Made by a program: the position numbers and the translations under genes. A DNA stretch of 63,589 nucleotides, the filler included, from Sluysia triapertura (Eukaryota), in the NCBI GenBank assembly GCA_046118255.1. It is 4 parts of 4 records of this genome, joined end to end, with 100 filler letters (N's around TTAATTAATTAA, not from the genome) between each part and the next. Parts side by side here need not be neighbours in the genome. Positions count along the whole stretch, not along the records: positions 51,342 to 63,589 come from JBJNIA010125855.1; 3 more parts are not named here. One strand, given 5' to 3'. Numbering within the stretch: position 1 is the first letter of the stretch; every line of letters starts with the position of its first letter. Below are positions 53,500 to 63,589 of the stretch, piece by piece. Below the pieces are notes generated by a model. The model was not told the origin of the DNA, made no database searches, and worked only from the letters and a program-made list of their open reading frames with translations.

Positions 53500-55850
53500 A
53501 TAAGCATATGTATTCAAATTTTAGTGTCCTTTATATAAATTGGCTTTTTTGACTATGTGTAAAAATTGGTTTTCAACAAGTGCCTCTACCCAAACAAAAA
53601 TGGTATATCTTATCCAAGTAATAGTATCGACCGTCTCTAACAACAAGATAGTAAAGAATGATAATATAGGTAAACTTATATGTTCAATTAGTACTGTCAT
53701 AAAATTTCGACAAAATCTTGACGGAATCATTTATGAGTGTTTACAAAGTCAACTGCTTTCACAGTTGATTCAAATATTTTATCATTACATTGTTTTGCAT
53801 TGTTTATAAATTCCTTTATGTTACCTGAATGTTACTCATTATCCAAATTGAATCCAATCAACAATAGGAACACGCATAATAGAATGTAGTTTACTGATAA
53901 ATAAAGATAGATGCAGTAAATTTCGAATGAATGTCGTATAATTAATCTTTTAGAAATGAACTCTGATTTGGAGGATCTATTATAAATATTGGTGATAATG
54001 ATTTTTTGTTATCTGCAACTGTTTTTAGCTACACTCATATTTTTAAATTTTTTGGTGGAATACTTCATCCAAAAATGATCTTTTTTGTTTTCTTTCAATC
54101 TTAACGCTGGCTAGAAACATTAAAATACTATGATGCTCAAACCTTGTCTCCGATGACTCTGAAACTTCACCGAATGATACCGTTGATACGGTGGATGGTT
54201 CAGAGTCTTAGACTTCATAAAATGGATTGACCGAAAATTGAACTCGGAACCTTTCGCTTCATATCTGTGAATTTAGATGCTTTGACCACTGAACGATCAG
54301 AGTCAATTATACTATCACTATTCTATGGTACTTTAGGCCTGTACCCTAACAAGAGGTAATTATGGATTTGATATTAATTAACTGGGTAGTTGCGTTTCAG
54401 ATTCGAAAAATCATGGAAATGAATTTGTAATTGGTATCTGCCTCGAAGTTAATTCATTTCAAATATGTGGGACAATTACTTGAGTTACTATCATCTATGA
54501 TCCCGGTGAAAGTTTTACAAGTCCATATTTACTATGTATTACTATATCATCCATCTTATCGAAAATATATAATCCTATTACTTCATGCATTTATTAGTAT
54601 AATTATACATTTATCCAGAATTGTTATAAAACATGTTAATATGCCGTTAATATTTACTGATGTACAATTAACGTCAACGTTTTGCTTTTAGCTTGTTCAT
54701 CAAAAAATTATAATTGTCGTTGCACCTGTATCTATAACAGCTCTTATCTCTCTGCCATTTAGATATAGATTTTGAAATACGTGATTTTTTAAATTCAATG
54801 ATAAACTCAATCATTATTAACGAATTAATGTATCCAAAATCGCTTATAGTGGTCTTTCGTCTTTGGTTTAACTTTTAAAATGGTTTTTGTGACTTCCTTA
54901 TTATATTACTTTTTTGGTGCTGCTTTTTATCTATTCAGAGTTAACTTTATTGGAACACTTAATGAATAAGTTAGCGAATCACTTCGTACATTCCTTTAAA
55001 CGGCTAACGTCCTGATTTTGATAATCCATCAATATTTTGTCACCAACTTAAAAATTACTCTTTTTAGCTTTCTTATCGTAAACATCCCTGTAAGACTCTT
55101 GTGAGTATTTTATATGTAAATCTACACGTCTCCGTGCATCCTTCAAATTTTCCTCATTGTCACGCAGTCTGGCGTTTTCAAATATTGATAAGTAGGAACC
55201 ACCCAATAAAAATAAGATGTTTTTGAGTGTCTATTGTATATCAAGTAAAATTGATTTTGTTTCTTGGACGAACTACATTTGAATAGGCGAATAAAAATTG
55301 TGCTATGTGTAAATCTCAGTCATTTTGTGGATTGTCAACGTATGAGTATACATGTTGGTTAGATTCCGATTAAACCATTCAACTAACCTGTCGCAAGTGG
55401 CATGTGAAGTGTAAAATCTTATGGCACTAGTAAAGTTTGGGCCTTGGCGTGTCACCTATAAATAATCTTATCTACAAGAATTTGTGAGACTCTTTCGGCC
55501 TTTTGATTTAGCATGGTATGTTTTGGCTATTTTGTAAAGTAATCGGCGAACACTAATATATACTTATTTCTACTAATTGTTTACGGTATTGTAACTAGGA
55601 TGTCAATTTCTGTGAACTCCATTCCTGAAAATAGTAAAAGCATGGGTCTTGGTGGTACTTTTATTTTTATTCCCAGGTTTTTTCTCCTGTAACAAATTCC
55701 TTGCACCACTTTTTAATGTCATCTTCCATATCTTCTCAGTAATACTTACTTTTTATTCTTGATAGTAATTTTCTGCATGATAAATGACCACCCAAATGTC
55801 CGTTATGAAACTGAATCAATATAGAATTAATAAATGATTGTGAAAGATTA
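53500..55850 (-). mobile_element. Gypsy relic: integrase (H2C2, core, GPY/F), then aspartic protease and a further decayed ORF
   Basis: FHNGHLGGHL..RIKSKYY*EDMEDDIKKWCKE; NKYILVFADYFTK; LVEWFNRNL; F*VGDKIL..PFKGMYEV; then LNGREIRAVIDTGATT (DTGA at 54721-54732). Confidence 0.85.
54206..54351 (-). mobile_element. solo tRNA-containing LTR with 4-bp TSD
   Basis: AGAG|T(C)TTAGAC...CCCTAACA|AGAG; the minus strand carries A-box-like and B-box-like sequence and TCAATCCATTTT. Confidence 0.8.
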
Positions 55851-55854
55851 TTCT

Positions 55855-58800
55855 TCACTGATCCTTTGTACTCTTGAATCTTAGCACTCCACCACAGTAC
55901 TACATAGATTTGACTACCACATCTTTATCTCCACTAAGGGTTACATTAAATGTTCACTCCTCGACTGTAACTTAAAGGGCCTTACAATTACGAACTCCTC
56001 TGATTGTAGTGAACTCCGTAGACACTTTATCCGGAAACACAAATTCACTACCCCTATAAATGAATTATAGATAAAGTGAACTTGTGGTGCAATCAAAACA
56101 TGTCTCATACTGAGCACACTAATGCATTAAACAGTGACATCCGCGGCGCAGGGAAAAGAATCACTGCCATGCTTTGTGTACCGGAGATTGTCGTCAAATC
56201 CTTTATTATATATCTTCTCCTAACATGGTTCAGAATTACACAAAAACTGAACCTTAATGATGCTCTTAGCCTTAAACGACATCAGCGTAAGAAACATAAA
56301 CTTACTTGTACCCAGCTCGTTATTAAATGTTCTCTTGCTTTTGACAACCTAACTTCACTTTCCCAACATCTCCTAATTCATACTCCCTCCGCTAACCTTA
56401 ACTTTGTCCCAACTGCCAAAGATCTGGATTCCACCCACCAGTCCGATTGACTATTTTTGGGCGCCGTCATGACTTTCTTTGATGCATTCATCTCTGATGC
56501 TTACTCAGTAGTGATTCATTTTATTGTTGCTAATTTTGCAATGTTCAATGATGGACAAGAATTTCTAAGCAATTTACCCCTTCCAAAATGAATAACTTGG
56601 CAACATTTAAAATCACATTGAAACATTGAAAATCACTGGATTCTTCTTAATTTTAGCAGAGATAATAATTTTTATTGCTTTGTTGATCCTTTGGAAATCT
56701 CTCCTCGTCACTTTGTGAATTTTTTAGAAATGTCATGACCACATATACTATATTACCAGTATATCCAACCAGACAATAGTTCTCTCATAAACGTATACTC
56801 TACCCAACTCAGGTTGGTCCTACTGATTGTGGTCTCTTTAAATGTAATACCGCCCTACAATACAAACGTAACCCTAATATACTTATGTTCTGCCAACCTG
56901 ATATCGACGCCACAAATGAAATAATATACAATATTGTAGCCCACTCTATTAAGCAACCATCCCTCTATTCAATCCCTTTGTAAAAGAATTCATACGTATA
57001 ACCTTTCTACTGATTATGCGTTTTCCAAATTTTGTGACCTCATACAAACTTTTCCCACCAAAATTCCCCAATATCCTATTCAAATTTAAAAAGAGTTCAC
57101 AGAAAACATGAAATTCGGAATCTTTCAGTCTTGATTTAGACAAAATATTTGAACATAATCAGACTAAAGCATTTCAATAGATTACAGGTACCGAGTCCCA
57201 TCCTATTACTCCTTCGGCGCTTGAAATCTGTCATTAATATGGAACTAGGATCGTTCTTCCTTTCGATCCATCTCAGATTGGAATGCTACCTTACTATATG
57301 ACGCATCAAGTAATGATTCAATAACTGAAACAGAAATCCAGATCACCCTAAAATCTTATAAAAATCCGCTCCCGGATCAAACAAAATTACTTTTAAAATG
57401 TTGATCCCTCGCCTACATTTCTTTTCTTTAATAAAATTATTTCCCTTTAAAAAATACCACGGGCCTGGAAAACCTTCACACCCTGCTTATGATTAAACCG
57501 AATAAATTTCACCTTGCGCACAAAGTCTCATCCTGGCGACCTATTGCTATTGTAGATATCGTATCTTTGCTAAAGTATTAAACGATCGCCTTCTTTCGTT
57601 ATTACATAGTGGTATCAGCTCTCAGTAGGCCGCGTTGTTACGTTCCGATGGATGCACTGAGCATAATTTCTTACTACACTCCCTTCAGGAAATTATTGCG
57701 TCTCTCAATCACCGTAAAACTAATAAAAATGAGCTCCATGTAATATTTCTTGACTTAGCTAATGCCTTTGGCTCTATCCACCACCAACTTATCTGGCACA
57801 CTCTATCACTCATGGTCTAGACCAACATAACCTAAACCTTATCAAAGACCTATATGAGGGTAGCACTACGAATTACAAATGTAACAAACTTGTAATTGAT
57901 CCAGTTCCAATAAAATGTGGAGTTGAACAGGATTGTCCTATATCCACGACCCTTTTCTGTCTAGCCATTGATTATCTCTTTCATAGATTTAATTCTGGTT
58001 CCAGAAAATCATTTCTTCCTTATCTTGCTTACGCAGATGATATTACATTAATTGATACTTCACATAATTACCTCCAGCGAACACTTACATCCATAGTATA
58101 ACATGCGAAATCTCATCTCTCGCCCCAACAAATGTTTATACTCTCACAATATTCCAAGTAATACAAACCTTTCCCTTCTCATCAATAATACATCAGTCAT
58201 GAACTTGAAAGATGAATAGACATGATTTAAGTGGGTGTTCCCTTTGGTGAACTAAAGAAACATAATTTGATTGACCTTCTCAATGAAAACCCAACTCTGG
58301 CCCGTAAAATGCAGAACTCTATTTTAATTTGCAGAAACCAATTCATCGTGTTTCGCAAATTTATTCACTCGCGCCTTCCATTTCATTTGCGCAATATAGA
58401 TGTAAACACTCAAACCTTATCTAGACCTCATGCAACGCAATCTAAGAGCCTTCCGCAAACAATTGGATATGCTGAGAAAATGCATCATATACTTAAGGGT
58501 TTCCTTGGTCTGAAAAACTTTCCATTTAACAATTCCTTTTTCTTTACCCATAAAAATCATGGCGGCTTCAGCTTAATTTCCTCTTAAGATGACTATATCT
58601 GCCAGAATATAGTCTGTGCCTTCCGACTTTTACATAGTCGAACAACCCTAATTCGCACCCTACCTTTACAAGAAATACCCCGAGTCGCTTCTGACAGACT
58701 GAATGAAGTTGATAATATGTCTGATGTCCTTTTGTGGCTAAATGGTGTTAAAGCCAATAAAATCTCAAGACTTCAGATATGGTGGACCAAGATTCGCCAA

Positions 58801-59850
58801 TCAATCCTTAACCTGTTCCGCAAATATAAAATCAGAGTCAGATTCTCTTATTGTGAGGAACATATAACTGAATGTTAAATGTGACATACTTGGAGATTTC
58901 GAAGTCACTTTTAATCGGTTTCATAATGATAAAGTGGGGAAATATCTGTATGAGCTGATTAACCTTCCCAACACCAATTCCTATAAATCCCGCAAAGTTC
59001 AAGATTGCTTTGTAGAATATTTCATGAAAAGTCCTCTATATGGTCGTCCTTTTCCGTACAGTTAAGAAACCGGTGTTGGATTTTCATGACTAAAGCTAGG
59101 AATAATGTTCCGAAACTTAATTTTTGCCCTAAAAACATTCGACTTAATCTTCCTCTTGGTGTGTCTTCGAACGAGTAACTCTTGCCCATGTATTATGTCT
59201 TTGCCCACATACCATCACTGGCCATACAGTAAGACAATAAAATTGTAGAATGTTTACTTAGTAAACTAAAACAAATTGCCTTCTCGGTGAAAAAAGCTAC
59301 TCAAAACCCCTCAGTTGGAGATTATAGGCGACCTGATCTTCAAGCGCAAGGTACTAATTCTTCACAACTGTTTCTCATGGACATCAAATACCCTATTGAT
59401 GATTATGAAAACTTTCAAGCGGTCTGAACATTTAATATTACCAATTATCTGACCTGAGGCAAAAACTCCAAGACCAGCTCAAATGTCCTGTCTCCCTAGA
59501 CACATTTGGAGTTGGAACTTTTGGTTCTTGGGATGCAGAAAATGGTCCTGTCCTTAAAAAGTTAGGTTTCCATAAAGCAGATATTACTGGTTTTGCACTC
59601 CAGTGTATCAAGCTATCCCCAGAATCTTTCTTTAATATCTAAAGACCATTCTCTTCAATATCCCACTTAACTATTAATTCTCGTACCTTTCGGTTTCCTT
59701 TTTTGTGTGGTGAATAATAGTGTTTATTTCATTTTTCCCCCTACAATATATTAATGAAATCCTTTAAATTTTTCAATACGACAACTCCTCTTTATGAATG
59801 TTTATAAATCTTCTCATATTTCCTTTTATGTAAATAAATAAATAAATAAT
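55855..59850 (+). mobile_element. NeSL/R2-group (RLE) non-LTR retrotransposon with C2H2 fingers and Ulp1-like protease; degenerate, near full length
   Basis: C2H2 fingers (LRRHFIRKH, LKRHQRKKH, LSQHLLIH); NHWILL..VDPL..TQVGPTDCG; RT SAPG, WRPIAI, FLDLANAFGS, LAYADD (~58030); TLAHVLC.C, RPDL, DIKYP, VGTFGSW; A-rich (TAAA)n tail. Confidence 0.92.
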
Positions 59851-59976
59851 CAATCAACAACAGTAGAAACGGCAGCACCAGCAACAACAGAAGCACCACA
59901 GACAATAAATTCTTATTTACATTTACTTTGATCCCTTATATATATTTATATAATTATTATTAATATTTATACCATA

Positions 59977-60035
59977 CGTCTCGGGTTAGATCCCCGGTCA
60001 GTCAACTTTCATAAAGTCTAACATTTGGTGAGCCC
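59977..60035 (+). mobile_element. tRNA-containing LTR 3' end plus primer-binding site
   Basis: CGGGTTAGATCCCCGGTCAGTC..AAGTCTAACA (ends 60023), TT, TGGTGAGCCC. Confidence 0.7.
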
Positions 60036-60279
60036 ATATATCGAATAGCCTTCTGATATTGGAATTATATGATGTTTGAGAACAAGCATAATTCATTTGT
60101 GTGAGATATGTTGGGATGTAAGCCTAAGGTGCTATGATGGTAATATTGATGGTAATCCCAATGCTAGGATTTAATTAAATTTTATCAAGACTTGCAAATA
60201 GAATAAATCGTCATGAATAATTATTTCCGTCTGTATCACGAACTTTGAACAGTGACATGAAAAACTTAATCCTTGTCAT

Positions 60280-60449
60280 TGTTAGACTTTATAAAATGGA
60301 TTGACCGGGAATCGAACCAGAACATCACGCTGAAAAGCTGTGTAGTTCGATGCTCTACTCACTGAGTTCTCAGCGCCGGTTAACAATTTTATTTTATTAT
60401 AGTCATTATTATTATCATAATTTTAGGCATTTTAGGCTTTACCCTAACA
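60280..60449 (-). mobile_element. tRNA-containing LTR copy
   Basis: TGTTAGAC...TACCCTAACA; minus strand AACTCAGTGAGTAGAGC..GGTTCGATTCCCGGTCAATCCATTTT. Confidence 0.8.
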
Positions 60450-61620
60450 CAAAATTTGATTCATTTTTAATTAATAAAAGCAAATATGTTGAAATTTTTG
60501 AAACATTTTCAATAAATTTTCTATGGAACCCTGCTACTCCTAAAAATCTTTGTAAAACTTTTACTTTAATAGGAATCTTAAAATCTTGGATTTTTTTACA
60601 TTTTTGGAATCTGGTTGAATTCTTGTAACTGAAAGAATATGGCGTAATAATGATACACTAAATATATCCGACTCACATATAGATAAATTAATTTTTTGTC
60701 CTGAAAAATATAATCATTGCAATACTTGACTTAAACCATTTAAATGTTTCCATAAGTTTTTGAATATATCATCAATACATACAAAACATGAGATACATCC
60801 ATCAAAATATGATTCGTATATCTTTGAAATGCAACCGGTCCTCCTGTTAAACCACATGGATTTCATTAAACTCATACAATCTACTATTAGTTATAAACGC
60901 TATTTTTGGTTTATCCTCCAACAATTTGTATTTGCCAATATCCATTCTCTAAATCAATTGATGTAAAATATTCTGCATTACTCAACTTATCAGAGTAAAA
61001 TTGGAAAAGTTTATGGAGGTTATTAAACTTGTGTATATGAAACTACGGCTTTATTAATATGAAGTATATCGAATACTTAAATCTTAACAAGTGAGTTTGA
61101 CATGAAATTTTAATTTCATTTGAGTCTAATAAAATTCGTTAACCAATTCTATTTCTTCGTATTAATGAGGTTTAATCATATCATGATTTTATAATCCTTT
61201 ATTGAACAGGATTTGTATCTAAAAACAAATAAATATCAACTGATTTTATGAAATTAAAACTATAAAAGTTTATTTCTTTTAATTTAAATTATCGAATAAA
61301 AGATAACTGAAAAGTGTGCGTTAATTATTAAAATTATTATTACTCAAAAATAATGTCTTCAAAGAATTGATGCTATTGATAAATGCGTTTAACAAGTTAA
61401 TCAATTCCATGATATAGTATGAAGAATAAAAAATTTTGAATTGAATTATTAAAATTCAATGACTCAAATAAATTTTAATGAAAGTTTAAAAACGTACTGC
61501 AAGTATTTATATTGAAACTAAATCTTACTTACAAAATATCTAGAGTCGGTTCGCCTAATATGTACCATTTATATTACTAATGGAGACATATTATTCGTAT
61601 TTTTATATTTAACTTACGAA
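60450..61620 (-). mobile_element. Gypsy relic: protease scrap and reverse transcriptase
   Basis: AEYFTSIDLENGYWQI, KIAFIT..LYEF, PCGLTGGPVAFQR, CIDDI, LQRFLGVAGFHRKFI. Confidence 0.9.
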
Positions 61621-61699
61621 CTTTAATAAACTTTCGCTTATACTTTACTTTACAACAATTTCAACTTCAATATGAATTAGCTATAGATTTTATATTTAT

Positions 61700-61972
61700 G
61701 CAACCCATATTAAGGTGTTTCTTTGAAAAATTAATATACGAATTTAAAGAGTACGCAACCTTTCTTAAGGGGTTGCTTTGAAACAGTCAGTTTATTTAAA
61801 AATTATTCTCTTAAAAAATAAAACTTAATTTACTAAAGATTATTACATAAAAACTAAAAATAAAATTTTACAAAAGATAATTATAATAAAATATTTTATA
61901 AAAGACAACTCAACCTCGATTGGTTGTTGAAAAGTTTAGGAGTATATTTCGCAACCATTCTTAAGGTGTTGC
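61700..61972. repeat. array of ~22-bp imperfect palindromes GCAACC..TTAAG..GTTGC
   Basis: copies at 61700, 61755 and 61951, plus a variant at 61910. Confidence 0.7.
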
Positions 61973-63589
61973 ATAAAAGAAGATAGATTTTAGGTAGATT
62001 TTGTGATTCCATTTCGGTGAATCCGAAAAAACGATTATGCAATGAAAAATCTTCTACAAATCTTCTTAAATCTTTTGATTTGAAAAATTTTGTTTTTCTA
62101 AAAATTTTGTTCTCTAAATTCTAAAAATTTACTTACCTATTTATACTATAATTTTTCAATCATCCATCTTATTTTAAATAATTTGATTAACAAATTATTC
62201 TTGAATATTCCAAATAAATTTTAATATTCTAAATATCTAAATTTATTAAATTTTATTCTAAATTTATAAAATTTATTTCTAATTTTTTATTTTACAAATT
62301 TTTAATTTATTGTTATTAAATTAAATTCTAATCTATTTAATTTATTAAATTTTTAATTTATAAAATTTTAATCTATTAAATTTTAAATTATAAAAATAAT
62401 ATTTATACAAAATTTAAAAAATGCAAAACACCGTAAATAAACTATAAAAATGACTCACTCTGACAGTACTTTAACTTTGGCCGAAAAAATAATTAAAATA
62501 ATTAATTTACATGGAATTTATCGCACCTATTAAGCGTGCTTAATAAGAAAATAAACTAACACCAATCAATTTGATACCTAAATTCGGTCGAATAAAGCTT
62601 TATAATATATAAATTGCTAACAATTAAAACTGAAATAATTGATTATTAATGTTAACTTTTATTGTATATTTAGCTGTTTACTTCATTATTGTTGATAAAA
62701 TAGTTATCAAAAATATTTATGTGATAGTATAATTGTGAGTTTTACTTCTATCACAGCGCTATGTGTAATTTATTTGAGTAAATGATATTAAAAGTTCAAT
62801 TAAATGAATAATAAATGAGTACTAAAGTAATCTTATTTTTAGTGTGACAGGTTGTAAATTGTAAATTTGATATTTCATTATCAATTTGATTATGAGTATA
62901 TAATTTTTATTTAACAATTTTTAATTTTTATAAATTTGCATATATAAAATTTTATGCATTTTATTAAAAAAACTATTTTTATTATAGAATAAATTTTAAT
63001 AGAATATTAATTTAAATATTTTTACATTTTTAATTTTAACCTAAAAAATAAATATTAATAAATTTTAAAATTAATATAAATATTTTAAATAAAATTTAAA
63101 CTAAATATTTTTTATAAATTTTAAATAAATATTTTAAAAAAATTTTCTTTATTTCACAAAGGATTTGTTTGATTAAATCAATTAATTAATTCGAGTAAGT
63201 TTCAAGATGGCTACGGCCTAATTAATATAAATAGCAATAATTTTTTAGGCACAAAAGCAGAAAATTTTTATGAAAAAAATTTTAATTTTTTTGGAAGATA
63301 CAAATTTATTAAAGAAAATCTTTTACCGAATACGATTTATTCATTATTTCCATGCAATATTAATTTCTTTTATTATGTTTATGTTGTAAAAGTATAAATA
63401 TTTGATTTTTATTTAAACAGTGTTTTTATATTGGTGTGTTATAATGTTTTTATTCAAATTATTAATATTATTATTATAATTAAATATAAAATACAAAATT
63501 AAATAGAATTATTTTAATTTTATTAAAAAATTAATTTTAAAATAAATTGTTTAAATATATTAAAAAATAAAAATAATAAAGAAAATGTT

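Noticed and set aside
61700-61972. CRISPR-like array
   Set aside because: Eukaryotic context, irregular spacing, degenerate repeats and no cas genes.

Overview
Very AT-rich eukaryotic DNA with short GT-AG introns and (ATT)n microsatellites; a flatworm, possibly planarian, is inferred but not proven. Four contigs are joined by artificial N44-TTAATTAATTAA-N44 linkers. Host exons are sparse: an Ig-like surface protein, an LRP/LDL-receptor exon, NCKAP1 fragments and the last UROD exon. Most of the window is decayed mobile DNA: Ty3/Gypsy relics, a NeSL-like non-LTR element with a Ulp1-like protease, and Tc1/mariner and piggyBac-like derivatives. Two patterns stand out. (1) Repeated relics of what looks like a large, cargo-rich Gypsy family: a second aspartic protease after the integrase, then accessory genes (RING-H2, an unusual C-x9-C-x6-C-x3-H zinc finger). 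Similar cassettes carry LRR-TM, TRIM and Polo-kinase relics, hairpin/CCAAT modules and orphan splice acceptors. (2) A short TG...CA LTR with a 4-bp TSD and a PBS that carries a tRNA-like Pol III unit. All translations and alignments were done by eye; boundaries of degenerate features are approximate.
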